Shown here: one piece after another, positions 1 to 11,299 of the stretch
How positions within the stretch are numbered: the stretch's first letter is position 1
How the letters are laid out: the number at the start of each line of letters is the position of its first letter
Source: Lama glama
Lineage: Eukaryota
Reading direction: 5' to 3'
Assembly: GCA_028534125.1 (NCBI GenBank)
Contig: CM052824.1
Span: 61,008,001-61,072,000, forward strand
Length of the DNA stretch: 64,000 bases
Made by a program: the position numbers and the translations under genes
Notes under the pieces: generated by a model
Database searches by the model: none
What the model was told of the DNA's origin: nothing
Seen by the model: the letters and a program-made list of their open reading frames with translations, nothing else

Positions 1-591
1 CATCCGCTTCCCCACACATGTGCCAGCTCATCCGCGGCCGGCGGGGCGTCTCCCAGGATGCTCACAGCTGTCAGAGTCATCCTGGGGGGCCTGGCCTTGG
101 GGGAGGGGACACCCCTGCCCATCAGGGACGACCTGCTGCCCACAGACCACGTCAGCCACAGAGTGCCACGGGATGTGGGCTTTTGTTTTCAGGGAGGCCC
201 TTTTTTTTTTAATAAAAATTATTGAGCAGTTTTGTGTTGGGAGGGGAAGGTGCAGAAATTTCCTGTATACTGCCCCCCTCCCAGGCTCCCCCATGTTGGA
301 TGCCCCAGAGGGTGCGTTTGTGACAGAGGAACCTGCAGGGACACAGTGTGGCCGCCCAGAGACCCTATTTCACACCAGGGTCGCTCGGCGCTGTGCTTCC
401 TGTGCTTGGGACAGGCACGAGGTGTCGCTCCCGCCGTGGTGGCCACGCGGGGTCTCGCTGCCCCGGGCCCTGCTGCTGACTTGTGAATGGGAGCTTGCTT
501 GCCACGGAAGTTCGGGGGCGGCTGAGTCGCTCACACCACGGCGCAGCGCTCGCACGGGGCTGAGACGGTGCACGCTCCTCTCCCCTCCAAG

Positions 592-3500
592 GCACATCCA
601 GGACCCTGCCAGCCAGCGGCTGACGTGGAACAAGCCCCCGAAGAGCGTCCTGGTCATCAAGAAGATCCGGGATGCCAGCCTGCTCCAGCCGTTCAAGGAG
701 CTCTGTGTGCACCTGATGGAGGTGGGTGGCGGGGCCCACCTGGGGGGTCGCGGGACGCAGCCGGCTCCTAGCCCAGCTCCGAGGCTCTGACTCCAGCGCT
801 GTAGAGGCAGGAGACTCCCTCCAGGAGCGCAGCGTCTGTAGCCGAGCGCCACAGAGCCTCTGGGACCCTAGAAACACGGCGTGAGCAGGCAGACGGCAGT
901 TTGCCGGCTACAACAGAGGGCTCGCTCCCCTCTTGTCGTAAAATGCCAAGAGGCGGCTTCGCAGGGGACCAGCACCCTCTGACCTGGTGTCACTGGCCTG
1001 TCCCTCCCAGGAGAACAACATGGTCGTGTACGTGGAGAAGAAGGTGCTGGAGGACCCAGCCATCGTGAACGATGACCGCTTCGGGCCAGTGAAGAGGAGG
1101 TTCTGCACCTTCAGGGAAGGCAAGTCGTCCCCCGGGAGCTCCCAGCCTGGCGGGAGCCTCCCACCCAGCGTGGGTGGCTTTGCAAGTTGGGGCTGCTTGA
1201 TGGCTTTTCTGGTGTCTGCTGTTCTGTTTTCTAGATTATGATGACATTTCTAATCAGATCGACTTCATCATCTGCCTGGGAGGAGATGGGACCCTGCTTT
1301 ACGCCTCCTCGCTCTTCCAGGTGGGTCTCCAGGTGGTGGTCCTGGCGCCGCGTGAGGAGCAGGGAGGAGGTCCCTGCTCTGAATTTCTTCACTTGGCAGT
1401 AGAGCAAGTTTACAAGTGATAGCAAGGGCTGCGCCTCCTATCTGAGCACCTGGGAGCTGTGACAGGCCAGGCACATCCGCCTCGTCCGGAGAACGGTGGC
1501 CAGGCCTGGGCTGGGCTGGGCTGGGAAGACGGCAGTGGTGGGGAGACTGTCCTGGGGGTGTTCCGGGGGTGGGCATGGGTTTAGCTACAGGCTGACTGTC
1601 CAGGGTGTGGTGGGGGGAGCCCTGTGGAGGCCACGGACAGTGAGGGTCAGCACAGGAAGCGGTGGGATCATTCGGAACCCACCCCCACTCTCAGCAAGGC
1701 AGGAGCCCTGGGGAGACCTAGCCGAGGTGTGCAAGTCGCTCAGGCACAGTGGCCCCAGAGAGCGGCCTAGAAGTGGACGTGCCGTCTAGGGGTCCGGGGC
1801 ACGGGGCTCAGGCCCGGCGGGCAGTGTGGACTGGGGCCTCGGCACCAGGTGTGGTGTGAACCCGGCAAGGCGGGAATGCTGCAGAGTTAGCCCTTGGGAA
1901 AGAACAGGAGTGAGAGGGCCTCGGGGGCGTCCCACCTCCTCGCAGCCACCGCCCTCCGCTGCCTGCAGGTCCTCACCTGCCTGCTGTCCTCACTCCTCCC
2001 TGCTGTCTCTGTCTGGCCTGCCACCTTTCCAGAACCCCTGGGCGTGGTCTCCGTGTGTCAGAGCAGCTCTGCTCATCCCGCCCTCGCCAGCTCCTTCCTG
2101 CCCTCGGGGCCAGGGGCCCTGTTAGCCCTGTCAGCTCTCACCCCGCTGTTCCTCCTGCCCGGCCCCGCCGTCCCACGGACCTCCCGAGTCAGCCCTACCC
2201 CCTGCCCAGGACTGTCGGGGCGCAGGTGCCTCAGTGCTGGGATAGCGCGGGTGGCCGTTGGCGGAGCCGGCCCGCTGAGTGACCTGCCGCGCCGGCCCGC
2301 AGGGCAGCGTGCCCCCGGTCATGGCGTTCCACCTGGGCTCCCTGGGCTTCCTGACCCCCTTCGGCTTCGAGAGCTTCCAGTCCCAGGTCTCCCAGGTGAT
2401 CCAGGGTGAGTCGCAGTGTGCTGGAGTGCACGGGGCTGCCTTCCTTCTTGGCTGGGGGTTTGATGATGCAGAGAGAGCAGTGCTGAAATGTCTCCGGACT
2501 CAGAGATTTCTAGATTCTGAGTGGTTCAGACATTTCTGCTAACCGTGAGAAGCCCGAGCTGCCACAGGCCAGGCTGCCGTTCACGTTCAGTACTGTGCGC
2601 GGGTTGATCTTTGCAGAAGGCACAGTGTTGCTCTCGATGTGGGAGAAGAAAGGGGGGCTCTCTTCCTGTGGCACCACTGCCCAGCCCTGCTGACCTCCCT
2701 GGCGTGGCCTCTGCCGGCCCCCAGGGAACGCAGCTGTCGTTCTTCGGAGCCGGCTGAAGGTCAGGGTCGTGAAGGAGCTGAGGGGGAAGAAGGTGGCCAT
2801 CCCCAACGGGATCAGCGAGAATGGGGTGCTGGCCGCGGCCCTGGACGCGGAGGTCGGGAAGCAGGTCATGCAGTACCAGGTCAGAGGGCGCGTCCCCCTG
2901 GACTCCGGGCCCCGCCCCCGGCCCCCGGCCCCCCTTTCAGGGTTTACAGAGAGCCCAGGACCAGCATGGGTGCTGAGGTCGGGGGCAGGCCCACTGGGGA
3001 GGTGCCGCCTGGCCCCTTAGTCTGCAGTGGCCTCACCCCAGGTCCTGAACGAGGTCGTGATCGACAGAGGCCCCTCCTCCTACCTGTCCAACGTGGACGT
3101 CTACCTGGACGGGCACCTCATCACTACAGTGCAGGGCGATGGTAGGTGGGCATCAGGCCTGCCCTGGGGATGGGGGCGCTGCATCAGAGTGACTGCGAGA
3201 GTGACCACAAGAGTGACCCCGCAGCCTGTCCTTCAGGCGTGATCGTCTCCACCCCGACGGGCAGCACGGCGTATGCGGCTGCGGCTGGCGCCTCCATGAT
3301 CCACCCCAACGTCCCAGCTATCATGATCACCCCCATCTGCCCGCACTCGCTGTCCTTCCGGCCCATCGTGGTCCCTGCAGGCGTCGAGCTCAAGGTCACA
3401 GCACACCCTCCACCCTGTGGGCTGGGGCCTTGGCTGGGACCCTCGGTGCTGTCCTGGTCTCTGTGCACCTGGCACTTGCTGCTGAGACAGTGGAGTGGGG

Positions 3501-4648
3501 GGCAGTGGGGCACTGAAAGCTGGACTGGCCCCTCAAGCAGGGCTTCTGACCTGAGTGGGTGGGGCCATCTGTCTTGGGTGGGGGCGGGGTGAGGAGTGAC
3601 CCTGCCCGGCATGTCCCCCCCAGGGCCCCGTCCTGGCAGCTGACTGGCCGCCACTGCTTGGCCACATCTCTGTCTCCTCTACCTGGTGTTCCCCACGCCA
3701 GGCGCCGCAGACCCGCGGGCCCCTGGTGCGAGCCCTGGCGGGACACGGAGAGCTCGGAGGCCTAGGGCCAGATGCCAGCCCCGTGTCCCCAGCAGAGGGT
3801 AGATAGTTGGGAACCCTGGGCCTGGACGGACATCCTTCCTCCACACCCAGGGCTGGTGTCAGCCCGACGGGAGTTAGTGCTCTCATAGCCTGGAGCTGAC
3901 CTGGGCACCTGGTGGGCTCCTCCTGGACAGTGCCACCCCAGGGTTGGTTCTGAGACATTCAGCTGCACGCAGGTGAGCCCATACCTGTCCCGCTTGACCC
4001 TTCAGATCATGCTGTCACCAGAAGCAAGGAACACCGCGTGGGTGTCCTTCGATGGACGCAAGAGACAAGAGATCCGCCATGGAGACAGGTGTGTGGGCCA
4101 TGGGGCTAGGGCAGGGCATGAGGGGCGGGGGCCTGTAGGCAGAGCACTGTCACCGAGAGCCTGGAGGGCCCGTCCCAGTCTCGTATGAGCACATCGCAGA
4201 CCTGTGCCCTTGTTCTCCAGCAGCCCCACCCCTTAGGGTCCCTGCATGGACCTGGGTGGGCTGAGGGGGTCTGTGGTTCTGTCCTGGGGGTTACCACTGA
4301 GCCGCCAGCCTCTGGTTGTCCTCAGGGCCAGACTGGAAAGTGGCAAGGCGCCCACCCCGACACCCCCCCCCACACACTAGAGGACCCAGGGCCAGGCTTC
4401 GCAGCCAGTGGGCGGGCAGAGCAAGGTGGCGGCGGGCGCTGGAGGGGCCGTGTCGTCCTGTCCCCTCCCTCAGCATCAGCATCACTACCTCTTGCTACCC
4501 GCTCCCCTCCATCTGCGTCCGGGACCCTGTGAGCGACTGGTTTGAGAGCCTGGCGCAGTGTCTGCACTGGAACGTGCGGAAGAAACAGGCCCATTTCACA
4601 GAAGACGAAGACGGGGAGGAGGACGGAGAGCAGGGGGCAGGAAGCTAG
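592..4648 (+). CDS. NADK: NAD kinase, 3' part (5' exons lie left of the window)
   Basis: Exons 592-721, 1011-1119, 1235-1320, 2303-2405, 2725-2879, 3042-3141, 3237-3394, 4006-4088, 4474-4648 have compatible phases. They encode [24 protein letters not shown], the GGDG motif ([12 protein letters not shown]), [25 protein letters not shown] and [12 protein letters not shown], ending in TAG at 4646-4648. Intron 1120-1234 has a GC donor. Confidence 0.97.
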
Positions 4649-6238
4649 GCCTGTGCTCTGTCCCGCCCGGGACGGGCCAGCCTGAACGTGCGCTCCGCGA
4701 GCAGGCCCCTGCCCAGCACCCAAGCAGGTGCCGCGTCGCCCTGCCTGTGGCCAGAGGAAGGGCCTAGAACCTGCCTTCTGTCGACCAGATCAGCCGTTTT
4801 TAATGTTTTAAATATGACTTCTTTTCTGCATTTCTAAGCAAGCAAGCGAGCAGCGGCTGGGGCTCTGAGGTCAGCCTGTGTGCACCAACCCTGGTTCGGT
4901 CAGAGCCCGTCTCTGGGCAGGGACGGCCGAGCCGGGTGGGCTCTTTGTAATTACTTGTCAGGAAACTTCCATAAATCAGTCCATTGAAATTCAGAGGGGA
5001 TCAGAATGGATGGCCTGTCCTTTGCTATTGAAAATAAATGTCTCATAGCCAAAATCTTCCTTTACCCACCACGACTTTCCCCTTAAGCCACCAGTGGGTC
5101 ACTTCTGTGAAGAGCAGTTGGTGGGTGGTTGGTGGGGCGGATGGGTCCCCTCCACCCCCTCAGGGTCTGCACTGAGCCTGCCCAGATCCTCCTACCTTGG
5201 TCCCAAGGCCTTGTCTGCCCCCCCCCCACGTGTGTGACAGGTGCTGGCTGGGCCTGGCAGTCTCTGGGGGAGGGTCAGGCGGCACACATTCCTCGTGAAG
5301 CAGGGCACGTCCGCGCCCGGGAAGGCGTCTTCCATCCCGTGTCTGCTTTTTAGAGATTCTCTTACACTTTGTGAAAGTGCTCACATACAGATTTTGTTGT
5401 ACACACTGAGATTTCAGAGGAAAGGGGTTTGCACTGTCGTGAAGTGGAGCTGCATTCCACTGTCTGCCCTGTGTCCTGTGTGTTGGGACCATCCTGTCCC
5501 GCCCGCGTGGCTGGCTGTCCATGAGAGCCGGGTGACTGCGGAGACATGGGGACAAGGTTAGGAAGGTGCTGATGGTGATGTTTCACGTTGACCTGCTCTT
5601 GCTTCCCCCACGGGTCTTGGTTGCAGGGGAGTCCCCGCCATTCCAGCCCTCGCGCCTCCCTCGGCTGGCGTGGGGCATGTGCACCCCTGGGGCCGTGTGG
5701 AGTCTGGGGGGACCCGGCTCAGGGTGCACGTGGCCTTGGCCCCTGGTTACTGTCCTGACGGGCCTCAAATACGGCCTCTGTTTTGGAGTAACTTGACTTG
5801 TCTCTGAGTTGCATTTTCACCTGTTAAATTGGTGAGAGCGGCAGGGCGGACGCCTGTCCTCTCTTGGACTCACTTCTGGAGTGACAGGCGGGGTCTGCGC
5901 GTCGCCCTGTTGGAGGCCACTTGCTGAGAGAAGGGCGTCCGGGGCCATGCATCCGGATGAGTCCGACGTCCGTGTGGGTGTCTGTCCAGTGCTGTCCGCC
6001 CCAGGCTCGGCTGCCCTCCCACCGGCAGAGGGGCCGACATTCCCGGATTTAGGTCCGGACGGGAGGCCTCGGGCCCCTCGTTCAGATAGTAAAGCAGGTG
6101 TTAACCAAGGCCTAAAGCATGATGTGGAACCATCTAGGAAACTGGATTTTTTGAAGTAAATTCTTAGCGTTTCATATTGTTAGTATCTTGAAAATTTGTT
6201 AAATGTTGAAAGACTTATTACTATTTTCAGATCCTTTC

Positions 6239-6244
6239 AATAAA
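6239..6244 (+). terminator. Probable NADK polyadenylation signal (AATAAA); a proximal AATAAA lies at 5033-5038
   Basis: AATAAA sits in an AT-rich patch about 1.6 kb after the stop, with U/GU-rich sequence downstream (actttatttgggtctctgt). Confidence 0.65.
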
Positions 6245-9200
6245 CAGACTTGTTTAAAAAGCTGAGTTAATTGAGTGACAACTTTATTTGGGTCTCTGTA
6301 ATTAACACCAAGACGCTGAAGGGCGTGGGCTAGGGCCTCGGGAACCCAGACGCACTGACCCCACCCTTGGCCGTGGTGGGCGGGGGTCCTGCTTCCGCAG
6401 CCCCCAGTCTCATCCTGTCCAGCCTCGCTGTCTGCGCTGCCAGCCCTGGGGTTGGACAGGTGTCGTCTCCGAGGGGGCCTGGCTGGGGCTTCGGGGCCAG
6501 TCCAGCAGGGAGGAGTCAGAGGCCTGGGCCCAGGCTGCCCTGTGGGAGCAGCTGGATCCTGGTGGTCGGAGGGCTGTGGAGCTCCCGCCTCCCTCCTCCC
6601 CTGCTCCCTCTCCGCTCCTGGGCCTCCCTCTAGTCTGGGTGGGTTTGGGGCAAGGCTTTGCCAGCAGCCAGAGCAGGTGTTGCAGACGACCCCGACACAG
6701 CCCCGTGGACCAAGGCCTGAACAACCACCCTGGGCACCTGCTGCGGGCAGCCCTGACCCCGACCAGGGTCCCTGGGTGCTGAGAGGAACTAGACATGCCC
6801 AGCCCCCCACAGGTTAGACGTGAGTGGACACCTGGGGCCAGGGCCGGGTGGTGGAGCTGTCCCTGCCCTGCCTGTTAGAAGCAGGCGTACATGGTTGGTT
6901 CTCTGGGTGAGTCTCCACTCGAGGCACACGTGGGGGTGCCGCCCCTTCCTGCCCAGGTGTCTCGGTGGCTGCTGCTCCCTCTGCCGCGGGGCCTGGTGGC
7001 CCACAGTTCTGCCGGGAAGCGCGTGTGTGCACAGTCGGTGTGCACAGGCAGCAGGGTGGGGCAGGTGCTGGAGTGCTCTCCTGCAGCTGAGGCTCGGCCT
7101 GAGCTGCGCGTGGACCCAGTCTGGGCCCTGTGCTGGGAGCAGAGGCCTCCCTGAAGGGGAGCCCGCCCAGCCCGGCCGGCCAGGAGCCCTGAGCCCGCGG
7201 GGTGAGCTCACTGCTAGGCTTAGTCACTGCCCACGGGGTCCCAACTGTTTGGCAAAGGCTGTTGATCTCTGAACCCTGACCTGGGCTATGTGGAGCACAT
7301 CAAAGGGGATGGGGAGCAGGGGACACAGAGGCCACAGGACAGGGACCCCAAGACACCTCCCGACCAGGACACTAGGACATTTCTGTGGGCTCAGGCCTCA
7401 GGCCCCTCGAAGCTTCCAGTCTTCAGGGCAGTGGCCTCGGAAACCTGGCTTTTCCTTGCCTGCGTCCCAGGAGCATGGAGGCCAAACCACTCCCCAGGCC
7501 TCAGTGCTGGGTGCCCCGCCCGGCTGGCCTCCCTTCTCTCTCAGGCCCACTTCTGTGTCTTGCCCCGAGGGTCCCACCCCTGGGAGTCTCTGGGCCCCAG
7601 GGACCGGGAAGACTGCCAGGTTGGGGAGAGCAGGTGCGAAGCTGGAGCAGGGAAGGGGTGAGGGGGATGGGGAGGGACAGGGGAGGGTCTGTTGGAGGAG
7701 CCAAGAGAAAATAGGTGAGGGTGACGACGACATGGGAGGAGGCGGGAACGAGTCCCCTTTCACCCAGAGAGATTCAGGCCAGAGCTCCAGCTAAGCCTGG
7801 AAACTCCGAGGATTCAGTGAGGGAAGAGGTGAGGTGGGGGCAGGGAGGGCGGAGGGCGGGACCCTGCACCCTGCGGACAAGTAGCCCTGCGGGCCAGTGC
7901 CCCTCCCACAGGCCCTCCTGCCCTGCTGGTCCATCCAGGCCTCAAGCGGGGTGCAGGAGCACGGGGGACAGGCACGGCCAGACCTCAGCCCTGGCCTCCT
8001 GCGAGCACAGTGAGACCAGCGCAGCCCCTCTGTCCCCATCCCCAGGACTCTCCTCAGACACTGGCCTGAAGTGGCAAAGGGGCTGCTCCCTAACCCTGCA
8101 CTTTTGCTTCCGTGACCTTTGGCCCCAGCCCCTGGGGGAGGAGCTTTCAGGTGCCCTCCCTGGCATTGTCACCACCCCATGGAGTTCAGAAGCTGAGCCC
8201 CACCGACAGAGATTGCAGGTGCCCCTACCAGGGTCCTGCCAAGGTTGGGGTGGGCAGAGTCAGCCCAGGACAGGGGTTATGCCAGGGAGGGGGCCTGCTC
8301 CTGGTCTGGGGATGGGGTCCAAAGGCTGAGCTCAGGCCAAGGTGACACGGCCTGAGCGACTTTGGCTGCACACTCCCGTGGCCTTTTTCCCCACCTGCTG
8401 GTCAGGACACATCACAGAAGCTCCAGCGGCTGTCGCTGCCCCCACCTCTAAATGGGACTGGATGAGGGAACTGCAGGTGTGGCCCCCACACTGGGCAGGC
8501 ACTGGCACCTTGGGGACAGCTGGCAGAGGTGATGGCCGGGAGACCTGGGATGTTCTCAGTGGAAGAGGTATCACCCACAGGGCCAGGGGCCCAGCTGCCA
8601 CTTGGGTGTCCTGGCCGGACCTAGAGCCTGGGAAGGACACTAAGGAAGACCCTGTGTTGTTCTGGAAACAGGAGGCCTTGGCTCTCAGTGTGGCCAGGGG
8701 CCCAGGGATGGCCGAGGTACCTGGTGGAAGGAAGCTGAGGCCAGCTGGACCTGTCCAGCAAACCCCACCCGGCCCCACCTAATGGTGTGGCTCCCCTCCT
8801 CCGGGCACTGACTGGGTCTGAAGGCCCACACACTCGGGTCTGCGATGACATGCACACAGAAGCCTGGAGCAGGCGCAGCTCCCAATGACTTGGGCGCCCA
8901 GTGGCCTACGTAGGCCCCAGGCCTGAAGCCTCCCCCTCCCCCTGCCCTGACAGTCCACCGGCCCCTCATTGACCACACCTCTGTCTTCCTTGCAGAAGTC
9001 TGTTCATCCTAATTGGGAGGGCAAGCAGAGGTGCTAAAGAGCACCCCAAGATGGTGAGCTTTAAAAGATGGTGATTGTTTAAAAGATAAAGACCCCCGAG
9101 CCTTAACGTGCAGGAAGTTGAACGTGGGTTTGGCAGGGGTTCTCCCTGGTGTACCGAGGGACTGTGGTCAGGAGTCAGGGACCAAGCACCCAGGGAGCGA

Positions 9201-10098
9201 CATAGTGCTGGTCAGTGCTTTCTGATGATACTGGCAGTGGGTCTGGAGGTACAAGGCAGGTCCCCTCCACCCTTCTTCCCACCCGCAAGATCATGACCCA
9301 GATCTTGTCCACTGGGCTTTGTGGGCTCCCAGGCCCACGTCCACACCTCTCTGCTGTCCTCGCCTTCCCCTGGGAACTTGGGATCCTCTGGGCTTGCAGG
9401 CCTCACCATCCCACCCCACTGGAACCATCACTGTCAGACCAAGGCCCAGTCTTAGACTGAACCTGTGAGAGGAGAGCAGGGAGAGGCGGCCATGGGGAGG
9501 GGGACAGACAGGGCCTAGGGCTCTGGGAGGGACCCCTGAAGGCAGCAAAGCAGAACCTGCATTGATGCTTTCCTTTCTGCCCTAAGGAAAATTGCCGTTT
9601 AAACATCATCCAAACACTGAAGGAGAGAGTTGTTGGGAAGGGGACCCAGCATTGATCAGGCCTGGAGGTCAGCAGAGCCCAGCATGTCATGGAGGGAGCT
9701 GGGCTGGGCTGGGTGGAGGCCGTGCTGGAGGTTTTAGGGAGCTGGTTGGGAGGGGTGCCTTCACAAGAACTGCTTCCTACTGGATTTGTGTCTAAACCTG
9801 AATCTTGGGTGTACACATTGGCAAATGACCACATTTGAAGCTGACCCCAACATTCTGCTTCTTGGAATCCAGTCACAGGAAGAAGTCAGAATTCCAGCAA
9901 ATGTAGGTAAAATCACACAGATCCACTTGTGGTATCCCTGAGATCAAAGGTCAGGTGTGGCCTGATGGTGGAATTCTGGGAGAGTGCATAACAATTTTGA
10001 AACGATGTCAGGAGAGCCTGGGCACCTTCCCCTCCTGAACATGCTACCTTCATAGGCAGCAAAGCAAAGTCTCCTGTGAATATCAGGGACAAGAACTG

Positions 10099-10538
10099 TG
10101 TGGAAGTTAATAAAAGGAAACCTCAGCTAAAATGGAGTCAGGAAGGCAGAAGTGGAAGCTCTCACGCATGTACCCCTTGACCTCAGTAGAGATCCCAACA
10201 GGAGGAGAGTGCCTTGCATCTGTGGCAAGAGGCACACTGCTTTAGGACCACCAGCAGGAGGAAGGAAGATTTTCTCCCTGCCTGGCAACAGCTCAGACAA
10301 CGCGGGATCATCACAATTCAGCCAATGAAAAGCCACTGTGCTCAGAATTCCCCATTTCCTGCAATGGCCTTTTGTTTTTAACAACGTCTCCTCTACAAAA
10401 GAGTTTCCCCTCCTCTGCTTTATTAGACTTTCATGTGGTTGCCACAGTTGCATGTTCTGAACTGCAATTCTTTGCTACTGTCAAATAAACCCATTTTGCT
10501 GGTAAAGTAACTGGCTATTTTGTTGTTTTAAGTGAACA
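10099..10538 (+). mobile_element. ERV1-class solo LTR (MER34/LTR39-like)
   Basis: About 440 bp from TG (tgtggaagttaa) to CA (gtgaaca). It contains aaaatggagtc near the 5' end and the typical 3' block ctgaactgcaattctttgctactgtcaAATAAAcccattttgctgg. Family assigned from memory. Confidence 0.65.
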
Positions 10539-10721
10539 TTTGCTAACAGGACACAGACAAAGGGGAAGGATACAAACTCTAGAAAGATCACCATGGAGCA
10601 AAGGGTTCCTCAGGCAGGGGCTGGAAGCCCTGGGTGCAGAGGACCCTGTCCTCCTTGTCCAGGAGGGGAAGGTACCCAGGATCTCCTGACATCATTTCAA
10701 AATTGTTACGCACCCTCCCAG

Positions 10722-10964
10722 ATTAAATGTAAGAAAGACTCCGCTATAAAATTTTTGATCGTTTTTATGAATTTGCTGTTGAGATTGTTTGACTATAAGT
10801 ACGTCACTGACCACCAACAACCAGGACCGCTGGGCAGTCATCAAGCATCTCAGGGTTTTGTGCAAAGTAGGAAAATCTACGCTGTAAAGTCTCCTCAGGT
10901 TTATGAAGGCATCCTGAACACTCAATTTACGGATGATGAAGACGCCATCATATTACGTCCTGAG
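10722..10964 (+). other. Candidate internal coding exon of an unannotated gene or gene relic
   Basis: Acceptor caccctcccag|, donor GAG|gtaagt, 243 nt = 81 open codons (IKCKKDSAIKFLIVFMNLLLRLF...EDAIILRPE). No homology recognised. Confidence 0.35.
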
Positions 10965-11299
10965 GTAAGTACATAAGTAAACATGAATTTCACTTTTGCT
11001 GCTTTCATTTCAGACCCAGGCCCCTGACCCGCTCCTGGAGTCTTCCCTGTTCTTCCTCCCGCCACGCCCTCTGGAGGATCCCAGGGAAAGCCTTCTGCCT
11101 GCAGCTCGCAGCCCCGCCACGGTCGCCCAGAGGTGGGCATATCATTAACGACTCTGGCCAAGATCTGAAGGACAAACTTCATTAATTTTAAAACAATGTG
11201 AAAAAAATTGTTAAAGAATGACAAGAAAAGTAACCTTCAAGAAGACTCCATTAGCCATATCCTCGCTCCTGAAAATTACGTTAAAGAGTAAGCGGAGCG

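Noticed and set aside
20-591. Long open frame upstream of and in frame with the NADK exon at 592
   Set aside because: No NADK similarity and a normal acceptor exists at 591; treated as GC-rich intron.
3187-3222. Three 12-nt agagtgac-containing units, superficially repeat-spacer-like
   Set aside because: A short intronic micro-duplication in a mammalian gene; not CRISPR and no evidence of function.
10722-10964. Faint resemblance of the candidate exon to SUN3 (hydrophobic segment then QSRKIYA versus QKSRQLYA)
   Set aside because: Too short and weak to support by eye, and no SUN domain nearby; no gene name assigned.
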